Assembly (NCBI GenBank): GCA_963710755.1
Contig: CAVQBK010000003.1
Span: forward strand, 1,088,001 to 1,152,000
Reading direction: 5' to 3'
Length of the DNA: 64,000 nucleotides
Origin: an uncultured bacterium
GTDB lineage: Bacteria; Oederibacteriota; JAAXVQ01; JAUVAV01
Shown here piece by piece: positions 9,973-18,990 of the stretch. Within the stretch, counting starts at the first letter, position 1. Each line of letters begins with the position of its first letter. The notes beneath the pieces were generated by a model, which was not told the DNA's origin, did not search any database, and was given only the letters and a program-made list of their open reading frames with translations. The translations under genes were made by a program, and so were the position numbers.

Positions 9973-10926
9973 GTGTTGAAAAAGGACAATCCATCAAAAA
10001 AATCCGGGCAGCCCGGAGCCAAGAAAAAAACTAAAAAGACAATCTCAGCGGCTGGCCCGCGGCGGACTACAGCCAAAAAAAATAGTGTTGCCAAAGAGCG
10101 GGTCCGGGAAGTTGAAGCACCGAACCATAAGGTCCAGCTTAATGACAACCAAGAGACTGAAAAAGCACAAGATTTGTCCGTTGATTTGCAGGCCAGCCGG
10201 CGGTTTTGGCTGGCCGTACTGGGGGCCGTAGTGGTAATTTTAGTGGTCGTGCAAAGTTATGGCTACCTTACCGGCTGGGGTGACCCGCAAAAGGTCATTG
10301 ACCGTCATTTCAATCAGGCTCAGCGGATGACCATGGCCAAACGCTACGCCGCAGCTATTCATGAATATGAAAAAGTAGTGGCCATGAAAAGTACTGGTGA
10401 TGAGATCAAGCAGCAAGCCTTGGTGGGCATTGCTGATTTGTATCGTGAACAAAAAGATTGGGAAAAAGCCATTCGTTATTATCAAACCCTGCAACAACAG
10501 CAAGCCGAGGGCGTGATGGCCGCCTGGGCTGGATTGAAGATAGGCGAATGTCAAGTCGAGGCCGGGCAAGCAGCACAAGCATTGGCAACCTACTCGTTGA
10601 TTAGAGAAAATTATCCTGACTCTGATTGGGATGCTGAAGCCAGACTCGGCCAAGGGCAGGCTTACGAAGCACTTAATCAATATAAACAAGCCATGCAGGT
10701 TTATCAGGACCTGGAAAAGGATTATCATGGCGGGTTTCTGGCTGCAGAAGCCATGATGCAGGTCGGCCATTGCTATGAACAGCTGGGCCAGAAAGATAAA
10801 GCCCGGACTATATATCAACAAGTGATAGCAAGTTATCCTGACACCATGGCCGATGAAGCTAAAAAGCGTTTACAAAAACTCTCCTATACCCTGGGGCCCA
10901 ATGGCATACGGGAGTGGAAAAAATAA
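9973..10926 (+). CDS. Membrane-anchored TPR protein
   Basis: Basic N-terminus, one TM helix, repeated TPR motifs (A..Y......YP.S). Confidence 0.8.
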   Translation: MLKKDNPSKKSGQPGAKKKTKKTISAAGPRRTTAKKNSVAKERVREVEAPNHKVQLNDNQETEKAQDLSVDLQASRRFWLAVLGAVVVILVVVQSYGYLTGWGDPQKVIDRHFNQAQRMTMAKRYAAAIHEYEKVVAMKSTGDEIKQQALVGIADLYREQKDWEKAIRYYQTLQQQQAEGVMAAWAGLKIGECQVEAGQAAQALATYSLIRENYPDSDWDAEARLGQGQAYEALNQYKQAMQVYQDLEKDYHGGFLAAEAMMQVGHCYEQLGQKDKARTIYQQVIASYPDTMADEAKKRLQKLSYTLGPNGIREWKK

Positions 10927-11289
10927 CGATCAAGTCTAAATGGTTAGATTCTATGGTTCCAAGATCCACGTTTTTTTGCAAAGCAATCCTTAGCTGGCGC
11001 ACATAGGTGAACCATGAAAATAATTCCTGTTTTTATATCAGAGGAATTTTCTCCCTTGAGATAACCGTACCGGGCACAAACGGGAGGCGGGGGGCGAAGT
11101 GGCCAATGTGGGCGCTCTTAGGTCATCGGCGTTAATAGGCTTCGCGTCGTCTTGTTGTCCGAAAATCTACCTCTGCTAACGTTATTTCCGGCGTTGCCGG
11201 TTTAGATTAAAGCTGGATAAATAAGCATAGCTCCAGCCTTGGGCGCGACCATTTGTTCCGTCCTCAGCATCCGGGATAGGAAAAAACCA

Positions 11290-12297
11290 ATGCACGATCT
11301 TTCATGGCAGGAAAATAAGGTTATTACTCATATAAAAAAGAGAACAACCAAGCAACGTTTCCACCAGCAACGTATTGGCTTGGGCGACGATGCTCTGGCC
11401 TTCGATACTCGCGGCCGGACCACGCAGTTGGTCACCATGGATAGCATGGTGGAAAATATTCATTGGAAAAGTGCCTGGTGTTCTCCAGCGGAAGTAGCTG
11501 AAAAATTGGTGGCGGTTAATGTTTCCGACATGGCCGCCATGGGCGGGATTCCACAACGGGCTTTTTTAACAGCTTCCATTCCCCGCTATGTTCGTCAGCA
11601 AGTGGTCAATCAATTTCTGGACAGGCTAGTCAAAGCGTTGAGCCATTATGCTATTGATCTGGCTGGAGGGGACACGACAGCTTCTCCGGGAGCATGGATG
11701 TTGACGCTGACACTTCAAGGCCAAAGCCGGGGCCAACGGATCTTGACCAGGGATCAGGCCAAACCAGGAGATATGATTTTATTGACCGGCCATGCCGGTG
11801 CAGCGGCAGCTGGGCGGTTTCTGCTGGATAAACCTATAGTTAAGCAACAACCATGGCGCCAAACCTTGATCAACCGTTTTCTTTATCCTGAGCCGCGCCT
11901 CGAAGCCAGCCGTCTGTTGCTGTCCTCCCGCCGCGTGCAAACCGCCATGGACAGCTCTGATGGACTAGCCCGTGACTTGCGGCAGCTTGCAGCCAGCAGC
12001 CGGGTGGGTGCCGTGCTTTATGCTACGAATGTGCCCTTGTCCGTGGCCACCCGTATGGCGGCTCGTTATTATCACCGCGATCCTCTGGAATGGGCCTTAA
12101 CTGGGGGGGAGGATTATGAACTGCTTTTCACCTGTGCGCCCAAAGATGTTGGCCCAGTTATGGACCTTATGCAGCAGGGAACCCAACTTTCATGCACTAT
12201 CATCGGAGAGATCAAGGAGCGCCAAGCAGGCCTGAAGTTGCTGACGGCCACTGGTCAAAGAAATCCCTTGCCCCAAGGATTTGAACATGGCCGATGA
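11290..12297 (+). CDS. thiL: Thiamine-monophosphate kinase
   Basis: GLGDDA, NVSDMAAMGG, GGDT, MDSSDGL, GGEDYELLFT, GFEH. Confidence 0.93.
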   Translation: MHDLSWQENKVITHIKKRTTKQRFHQQRIGLGDDALAFDTRGRTTQLVTMDSMVENIHWKSAWCSPAEVAEKLVAVNVSDMAAMGGIPQRAFLTASIPRYVRQQVVNQFLDRLVKALSHYAIDLAGGDTTASPGAWMLTLTLQGQSRGQRILTRDQAKPGDMILLTGHAGAAAAGRFLLDKPIVKQQPWRQTLINRFLYPEPRLEASRLLLSSRRVQTAMDSSDGLARDLRQLAASSRVGAVLYATNVPLSVATRMAARYYHRDPLEWALTGGEDYELLFTCAPKDVGPVMDLMQQGTQLSCTIIGEIKERQAGLKLLTATGQRNPLPQGFEHGR

Positions 12298-12745
12298 ATT
12301 GGATCGACTTAAAACAACCTGGCCGCAGGTATTTGCAACCGCTAATGAGGCGGAAACTGAAGCTCTGGGATCGCGGTTAAGCGCGCTGTTTCGAGCCGGC
12401 GATGTTATTGCCCTGCATGGTGACCTTGGCGCAGGAAAAACATGCTTGGTTCGAGGCATGGTCGCGGGTTTGGGGGGCAGGGACACGGTGAACAGTCCTA
12501 CCTTTACCCTGATCAACCAATATCAGGGCCGTTTGCCCATTTACCATGTTGATCTTTACCGTCTGGAAGGCTTACTGGAAATGGAAGATCTGGATTTGGA
12601 AGATTATTTCTTTGGGTCCGGCATATGCATGGTGGAATGGGCGCAGAAAATTAGCCGCCTGCTGCCGCCGTCTTATTGGTCCATCAGCCTGAATATTAAG
12701 TCGTCCACGGACCGCTCCATCACTGTCGACAAAATAAGTCAATAA
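12287..12745 (+). CDS. tsaE: tRNA t6A biosynthesis ATPase
   Basis: GDLGAGKT, VNSPTF, HVDLYRL, VEWA. Confidence 0.95.
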   Translation: MADELDRLKTTWPQVFATANEAETEALGSRLSALFRAGDVIALHGDLGAGKTCLVRGMVAGLGGRDTVNSPTFTLINQYQGRLPIYHVDLYRLEGLLEMEDLDLEDYFFGSGICMVEWAQKISRLLPPSYWSISLNIKSSTDRSITVDKISQ

Positions 12746-12802
12746 ATCACCGCACAGATGATGTCGCAAAGGATGATAAAGTAATAATATAATGAGGTTA
12801 TC

Positions 12803-13480
12803 ATGATCTTAGGACTCGACACATCTACCGACTATTTAAGTCTGGCAGTGGAAGACCAGGGAAAAAGCTTGTTTGACTATCAAGATAAGCACGGCAAGCG
12901 TCACGGTGAGATCTTGGTGCCCAAAGTGGCTGAACTACTTTCCCGTCATGGTATTCATTCTCAGGACTTGAGCGGCATTGCCCTTGGTTTGGGACCAGGG
13001 TCCTTTACCGGCGTGCGCGTGGGTGTCGCTGCTGCCTTGGGACTGGCCCAAAGTCTGGAGCTGCCCATAATGGGGATCTCCAGCTTCAAAGTCATAGCTT
13101 CTGCTCTTCAAGCCGGAAAGGTTCTGGTTGTAGGAGATGCCCGACGAGGTCTATTTTATGCTGCTGGTTATGAGTTCACTCCTTCCGGACTTATGCCGTT
13201 TCTGCAGGAATCTCTGGTGGATCTTGATGCCCTCGTCCGGGTGGCAAGTTCAAAAGATACGGTGCTAACCGGACCGCAGGCCGCTGAAGTTTACAGCCTT
13301 CTGCAGCTTCCATGCCCTAATCTTCGTTTAGCGCCAGCTACTTACTACTGGCCACAAGCCTTGCATTTGATCAATTTGGCTAAGTCATCCTTGGCCAGTG
13401 GCGGTGTCCCTTATACCCAGATCGATCCCATCTATTTGCGCAAGACCCAGGCTGAAGAGATGAGAGAAAAAAAGGGTTAA
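12803..13480 (+). CDS. tsaB: tRNA t6A biosynthesis protein
   Basis: ILGLDTST, GPGSFTGVRVG, DARR, PIYLR. Confidence 0.95.
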   Translation: MILGLDTSTDYLSLAVEDQGKSLFDYQDKHGKRHGEILVPKVAELLSRHGIHSQDLSGIALGLGPGSFTGVRVGVAAALGLAQSLELPIMGISSFKVIASALQAGKVLVVGDARRGLFYAAGYEFTPSGLMPFLQESLVDLDALVRVASSKDTVLTGPQAAEVYSLLQLPCPNLRLAPATYYWPQALHLINLAKSSLASGGVPYTQIDPIYLRKTQAEEMREKKG

Positions 13481-13486
13481 AGTACC

Positions 13487-14437
13487 CGGCAGCCCCGACC
13501 GGATAAGATATTATAGGAAAGGGACGCCTGCGGCAGCCCCGACCGGATAAGATATTATAGGAAAGGGACGCCTGCGGCAGCCCCGACCGGATAAGATATT
13601 ATAGGAAAGGGACGCCTGCGGCAGCCCCGACCGGATAAGATATTATAGGAAAGGGACGCCTGCGGCAGCCCCGACCGGAGCAGATATTATTATGGCAGGG
13701 ACGCCTGCGGCAGCCCCGACCGGAGCAGATATTATTATGGCAGGGACGCCTGCGGCAGCCCCGACCGGAGCAGATATTATTATGGCAGGGACGCCTGCGG
13801 CAGCCCCGACCGGAGCAGATATTATTATGGCAGGGACGCCTGCGGCAGCCCCGACCGGAGCAGATATTATTATGGCAGGGACGCCTGCGGCAGCCCCGAC
13901 CGGAGCAGATATTATTATGGCAGGGACGCCTGCGGCAGCCCCGACCGGAGCAGATATTATTATGGCAGGGACGCCTGCGGCAGCCCCGACCGGAGCAGAT
14001 ATTATTATGGCAGGGACGCCTGCGGCAGCCCCGACCGGAGCAGATATTATTATGGCAGGGACGCCTGCGGCAGCCCCGACCGGAGCAGATATTATTATGG
14101 CAGGGACGCCTGCGGCAGCCCCGACCGGAGCAGATATTATTATGGCAGGGACGCCTGCGGCAGCCCCGACCGGAGCAGATATTATTATGGCAGGGACGCC
14201 TGCGGCAGCCCCGACCGGAGCAGATATTATTATGGCAGGGACGCCTGCGGCAGCCCCGACCGGAGCAGATATTATTATGGCAGGGACGCCTGCGGCAGCC
14301 CCGACCGGAGCAGATATTATTATGGCAGGGACGCCTGCGGCAGCCCCGACCGGAGCAGATATTATTATGGCAGGGACGCCTACGGCAGCCCCGACCGGAT
14401 AAGATATTATAGGAAAGGGACGCCTGCGGCAGCCCCG
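13487..14437. repeat. Tandem array: 4 x 44-bp unit A, 16 x 45-bp unit B, 1 x unit A, 11-bp partial
   Basis: A = cggcagccccgaccggataagatattataggaaagggacgcctg (starts 13487, 13531, 13575, 13619, 14383). B = cggcagccccgaccggagcagatattattatggcagggacgcctg (13663-14382; the last copy ends gccta). Confidence 0.98.
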
Positions 14438-14493
14438 GTGAAAGATACCAGAACCAGACGCCTCGGTTCAACGGCAAGGAAAAGGATAAATCC

Positions 14494-14994
14494 ATGCATC
14501 AGGCCAAGCCTACCCGCTTAAAAATTGACCAAATGAAGTTCAGCGATATTGACAGTGTGCTCTGGGTGGAGGAAAGCTCTTTTCGTACACCCTGGTCCAG
14601 GCAGCTCTTTGAAGAAGAGTTTAAAAGTCCTGAGCGTAGTCATTATTTCGTGGCTAAAGTTGATGATCATGTCGTAGGGTATATGGGCTTTTGGTTGATT
14701 CAAGATGAAGCACATATTACTAATCTGGCTGTTCACCCTGGCTTTAGACGGCATCATATCGGAGAGCAATTACTTCAAACCACGATGATCTATGCCTATG
14801 CCTTGGGGGCCAGGCGGGCAACCCTGGAAGTACGGATAAGTAATGAACCAGCTAAGAAACTATACCAAAAGTACGGATTTAATAACATTGCCATCAGAAA
14901 AGGGTATTACAGTGATAATAGAGAAGATGCTCTTATCATGTGGCTAAATGACATGTCCTATTTTTCACCTAAGATACCGGATGGTCGCCAATAA
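14494..14994 (+). CDS. rimI: Ribosomal protein S18 alanine N-acetyltransferase
   Basis: [30 protein letters not shown]...EDALIM; follows tsaB. Confidence 0.93.
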   Translation: MHQAKPTRLKIDQMKFSDIDSVLWVEESSFRTPWSRQLFEEEFKSPERSHYFVAKVDDHVVGYMGFWLIQDEAHITNLAVHPGFRRHHIGEQLLQTTMIYAYALGARRATLEVRISNEPAKKLYQKYGFNNIAIRKGYYSDNREDALIMWLNDMSYFSPKIPDGRQ

Positions 14995-15010
14995 AAATGG
15001 GCAATTAATC

Positions 15011-15039
15011 TTGACTAAATTAATGGCGGATGTTAAAGT
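15011..15039 (+). promoter_or_regulatory. sigma70-type promoter of the csp gene
   Basis: TTGACT-17 nt-TAAAGT with an extended TG. Confidence 0.55.
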
Positions 15040-15094
15040 TTGTGCAATGGCCCTGGGCCTTAAAATCCTAATTATAGGAGGATGGCAGATAGGT

Positions 15095-15307
15095 ATGCCA
15101 GTTCAAGGAAAAGTAAAATGGTTTAACAACGCAAAGGGGTTTGGTTTTTTGGAACGGGAAGGAGAGAGGGACGTATTTGTGCACTATTCTTCCATTTCCG
15201 GAGAGGGGTTTAAAACCCTTACACCAGGAGAGACTGTGATGTTTGAGATTATCGAAAGCCCAAAAGGCCCTCAAGCATCCAATGTTTCAAAGCCAGATCA
15301 AGTCTAA
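15095..15307 (+). CDS. Cold-shock protein
   Basis: [34 protein letters not shown]; start at ATG 15095. Confidence 0.95.
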   Translation: MPVQGKVKWFNNAKGFGFLEREGERDVFVHYSSISGEGFKTLTPGETVMFEIIESPKGPQASNVSKPDQV

Positions 15308-15344
15308 CCCTAATAACGTCAACGACCCTATTGTAGTATAAAGC

Positions 15345-15375
15345 ATGCCGGATGGAATGTCTGTCCGGCATTTTT
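15345..15375 (+). terminator. Rho-independent terminator after csp
   Basis: atgccggatgg / ctgtccggcat stem followed by a T run. Confidence 0.7.
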
Positions 15376-15402
15376 GTGTCCAAAGCAGTTGAGGTGCCAA
15401 AA

Positions 15403-16404
15403 ATGAATCATTTGAGCAAAATCATAGCAACACTGGTGCTTATCTTGGGCTGGATCCCGGGATTGACAGTGGTTTATGGAGAGACGGATTCAGGAATGGT
15501 TTTCCAGAATCAGCCTGTGACCATAAAGATAGCCACAACCCGGCCTGGGCAAGACCAAGCCGCACGCAGCGCCTGCCAGCAGGAATTGCAGCGCATCGAA
15601 AGTACATATGCAGTACGGATTCAGGGCAGCAAGGTCAATCATCTTAATCAATACGCAGCCCGTAAGCCAGTGGTGGTGGATCAGGAGACCATGGCACTTT
15701 TGACCTGGGGGAAATCCTTAAGCACCCTTAGCCAGGGCCATTTTGATGTGACCACAGCAGCTTATCTCTGGCAGTATGGGTTTGGCCAAAAAAATTACCG
15801 CGTGCCCAGTCAGCTAACCTTGGACCAAATGAAACCTCTAGTGGGCAATGCACTGATCGTGTTGGATCACAAAGATCAGATAGTGCTGTTTAAGCGCGAT
15901 GGAGTACAACTGACCCTTGATCCGCTTCTGAACAATTACGCCTTCGCACAGTTAAGTAGCATTTTAAAACAGTATCAGGTCAAAGTTGCTGGCATTAGTA
16001 TTGGCCAGAATTTTTTGGCCTTTGGTACACAGCCTGAAGGCAGGCTGTGGCAACATCAGCTTCGTACTACCTGGAAGACGGCTTTGTCCTTGCCAACGCT
16101 CACTTTCCGTCAGGGGCAAGTATTGGTGGCCGACACCTACAGCCACTCTTTTCAAAAAAAAGGTCAACGTTATCCTGATATTGTAGATCCCAAGACCGGG
16201 CTTCCATGCAACTATAGCAAGATGGCTGTGCTTTTCAGTCCCAAGCTCACCCGGGTGACCTTGGTGCCGGCCGTGCTCTTAAGTATGCGCCCTGAAGAAG
16301 CGGTAGCACTGGTGGACAAAACACGTGAACTCGCTTGCCTGGTTATTGATAGCCAAGGCAAATCCCATAAATCCAAAAGCTGGTTCGATTACGTTCAGCC
16401 TTAA
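15403..16404 (+). CDS. Divergent ApbE-like (FAD:protein FMN transferase fold) exported protein
   Basis: Signal peptide; S.V..LN, G.FDVT, W..GF, IVDPKTGLP; the canonical ATSG and HIIDP motifs are altered. Confidence 0.65.
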   Translation: MNHLSKIIATLVLILGWIPGLTVVYGETDSGMVFQNQPVTIKIATTRPGQDQAARSACQQELQRIESTYAVRIQGSKVNHLNQYAARKPVVVDQETMALLTWGKSLSTLSQGHFDVTTAAYLWQYGFGQKNYRVPSQLTLDQMKPLVGNALIVLDHKDQIVLFKRDGVQLTLDPLLNNYAFAQLSSILKQYQVKVAGISIGQNFLAFGTQPEGRLWQHQLRTTWKTALSLPTLTFRQGQVLVADTYSHSFQKKGQRYPDIVDPKTGLPCNYSKMAVLFSPKLTRVTLVPAVLLSMRPEEAVALVDKTRELACLVIDSQGKSHKSKSWFDYVQP

Positions 16405-16452
16405 AGTCAGGGCATGTGTTTTTGAGCATTCAAAGGTAAAAAAGCAAACCGC

Positions 16453-16481
16453 TTGACCGTCCCTCTTCTTTTTGATACATT
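16453..16481 (+). promoter_or_regulatory. sigma70-type promoter of purB
   Basis: TTGACC-17 nt-TACATT. Confidence 0.5.
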
Positions 16482-16559
16482 ATAGCCTCTTTTTTATCCC
16501 GTAAAACCTAACCTGTCTTCTTGTTGGGTAATATTCATTGCTAAGGAAACCTGAATTTC

Positions 16560-17852
16560 ATGATTGAGCGCTATACTTCAAAAGAAATGCTGCATTTATG
16601 GTCGGAAGAAAGCAAACTGCAGTCTTGGTTGGAAGTGGAATTGGCCGTGGCCAAAGCACAAGCGGCTTTGGGGATCATTCCGCAGACAGCTTATGAGAGC
16701 ATGCGCAAAAAAGCCAAGATCAATGCCGAACGGGCAGCTGAAATCGAAAAAGTTACCAATCATGATATCATTGCCTTTGTCTCCTCTACTGCGGCATCTA
16801 TTGGACCAGCCGGCCGTTACCTGCATTTTGGCTGTACCTCGACGGATATCGTGGATACAGCCCAGTCCCTGCGCCTGCGCCGGGCCTCCGCCTTAATCGA
16901 ACTCCAGTTCAAACGACTTCGAAAAATTATCAAACAGCAGGCCAGAAAACATCGATTGACGGTCATGGTGGGACGCTCCCATGGTGTCCATGCCGAGCCC
17001 ATTACTTTTGGATTGAAACTGGCGGTGTTTATGGCGGAATTGCAACGTCAATGGGAGCGTTTTGCGCGGGCAAGAAAAATGGTGGAGGTGGGCATGCTCT
17101 CCGGGGCGGTGGGCACCTTTGCCAATCAAGATCCCCGGGTGGAAGCCAAGGTCTGCAAAGAATTAAAACTGGAAGCGGAATTGCCTTCCACGCAGGTGGT
17201 ATCCCGTGACCGGCATGCCGATTATCTCTGTACTTTGGCGCAATTGGCAGGAACTTTGGAAAACATCGCCGTGGAAATACGGCATCTGCACCGTACTGAA
17301 GTGAGGGAAGTGGAAGAGTTTTTTGCCAAGGGCCAAAAAGGCTCCTCGGCCATGCCTCATAAAAAAAATCCCATTATTTGTGAACGCATCACCGGTCTGG
17401 CCAGAGTGATGCGCAGCTATGCCATGGCGTCTTTGGAAAATATGGCGCTGTGGCACGAACGGGATATATCCCATTCTTCGGTAGAGCGTATCATTCTTCC
17501 CGATGCCACGGCCACTATGGAGTATATGCTCAAATTGACGGGGAATGTGCTTGAGAACATGGTGGTGTATAAAGACCATATGAAGGCCAATTTGAATTTA
17601 ACCTTTGGCTTAATCCACTCCCAGCAAGTGTTGCTGACCCTGGTCAAAAAGGGTTTATCCCGCGATGATGCCTACCGGCATGTCCAGCGTCTGGCCATGA
17701 AAGCCTGGGAGGACAAAACATCACTAAAAACCCTGGTTATGGAAGACAAGGAATTAAATCGATATTTGTCCGCAAAAGACCTGGAAGAATGTTTTGATTT
17801 GAGCTATCATACCAAGCATATTGACAAGATCTTTAAAAAACTCGGAATTTAA
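16560..17852 (+). CDS. purB: Adenylosuccinate lyase
   Basis: MIERY, HFGCTSTD, GRSHGVHAEP, GSSAMPHKKNP. Confidence 0.97.
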   Translation: MIERYTSKEMLHLWSEESKLQSWLEVELAVAKAQAALGIIPQTAYESMRKKAKINAERAAEIEKVTNHDIIAFVSSTAASIGPAGRYLHFGCTSTDIVDTAQSLRLRRASALIELQFKRLRKIIKQQARKHRLTVMVGRSHGVHAEPITFGLKLAVFMAELQRQWERFARARKMVEVGMLSGAVGTFANQDPRVEAKVCKELKLEAELPSTQVVSRDRHADYLCTLAQLAGTLENIAVEIRHLHRTEVREVEEFFAKGQKGSSAMPHKKNPIICERITGLARVMRSYAMASLENMALWHERDISHSSVERIILPDATATMEYMLKLTGNVLENMVVYKDHMKANLNLTFGLIHSQQVLLTLVKKGLSRDDAYRHVQRLAMKAWEDKTSLKTLVMEDKELNRYLSAKDLEECFDLSYHTKHIDKIFKKLGI

Positions 17853-17959
17853 GTCACCCGTAATACCAATCAACCGGCGCCCCCCTGAGGGTGTTTGGCG
17901 CAAGGTGGCGGTCAACAGGCCGAATACATCATTTCATTTTAAATCAGGCGGTGTGTACC

Positions 17960-18232
17960 ATGCCCAAAACAGCAACAGCACAAGAATGGAAAATCGAAGT
18001 CTTTGTAACCTTGAAACCCAGTGTTCAGGACCCCCAAGGTGCGACCATTGCACGGGAATTAAACCATATGGGGTATAAACAGTTGCGTCAAATGCGCATG
18101 GGTAAATATTTTACTTTGAGTTTTGACAAGGCTCTTTCCAAAGCGGAAGTGGAAAAACAAGTGAAACATATCTGCGATAAGGTTTTGGCCAATCCGGTGA
18201 TCGAACACTATCGCTACAAAATAAACCAATAG
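17960..18232 (+). CDS. purS: FGAM synthase subunit PurS
   Basis: [23 protein letters not shown]. Confidence 0.95.
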   Translation: MPKTATAQEWKIEVFVTLKPSVQDPQGATIARELNHMGYKQLRQMRMGKYFTLSFDKALSKAEVEKQVKHICDKVLANPVIEHYRYKINQ

Positions 18233-18261
18233 ACTCAGTACAAAAGAAAGTAGGTCGACCG

Positions 18262-18966
18262 ATGAAATTCGGGGTAGTGGTATTTCCTGGTAGTAATTGC
18301 GATCATGATTGTTTTCATGTGATTAAAGAGGTCCTGCATCAGCCGGTGCAGTTTTTTTGGCACGAAGAAAAGCGCCTGCCTGCCCTGGACTGCATCATTC
18401 TACCCGGAGGCTTCTCCTACGGCGATTACCTGCGCACCGGGGCTATTGCCCAGTATTCGCCGGTCATGACCGAGGTTAAAAAACATGCGGCCCGCGGCGG
18501 CGTGGTGATCGGCATCTGCAATGGCTTTCAAATTCTCTTGGAAGCGGGTTTGTTGCCCGGGGCCATGCGCCGCAACCGCGACCTGCATTTTATCTGCAAA
18601 TATGTTCATCTTCGTGTGGAATCGCAAAAAACGCCCTTTACCAAAATGTTGGATAAAGGCCGGCTGTTAAAAATACCGGTGGCCCATGGCGAGGGCAATT
18701 ATTTTTGCGATAAGAAAACCCTGGCCAGCCTCAAAGCCAACGACCAAATTATCTTTCGCTATGCCGATGCTCAAGGCCAGGTCAATGACCAGAGCAACCC
18801 CAATGGTTCTATCGATAATATTGCCGGTATTTGTAACGAACGGGGCAATGTTCTGGGCATGATGCCTCATCCGGAACGGTGTATGGAACCGGAGATGGGC
18901 TCAGTGGATGGCAAGGAATTATTTTTATCGCTGTTAAAGGCGGCTCGAGTTCGCAGCAAACGCTGA
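18262..18966 (+). CDS. purQ: FGAM synthase glutaminase subunit
   Basis: [31 protein letters not shown]. Confidence 0.97.
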   Translation: MKFGVVVFPGSNCDHDCFHVIKEVLHQPVQFFWHEEKRLPALDCIILPGGFSYGDYLRTGAIAQYSPVMTEVKKHAARGGVVIGICNGFQILLEAGLLPGAMRRNRDLHFICKYVHLRVESQKTPFTKMLDKGRLLKIPVAHGEGNYFCDKKTLASLKANDQIIFRYADAQGQVNDQSNPNGSIDNIAGICNERGNVLGMMPHPERCMEPEMGSVDGKELFLSLLKAARVRSKR

Positions 18967-18990
18967 TTAAGCATCCAAAGGAACAGCTTC

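Noticed and set aside
10927-11289. TPP riboswitch or group II intron domain V upstream of thiL
   Set aside because: No CTGAGA/CCTGAT core; GTACGGTT on the minus strand lacks the matching domain V stem
13487-14437. CRISPR or TIGR-like guide array
   Set aside because: There are no unique spacers, only two unit variants differing by a few bases, and no cas or Nop-domain gene in the window
13599-14495. Repeat-derived ORFs (13599-14495 minus; 13692-14402 plus) as genes
   Set aside because: They are explained by a stop-free 45-nt unit, have no convincing RBS and are not annotated as CDS
13487-14994. Type III toxin-antitoxin locus
   Set aside because: The downstream gene is a canonical RimI in its usual context, no terminator separates it from the array, and solo copies are dispersed
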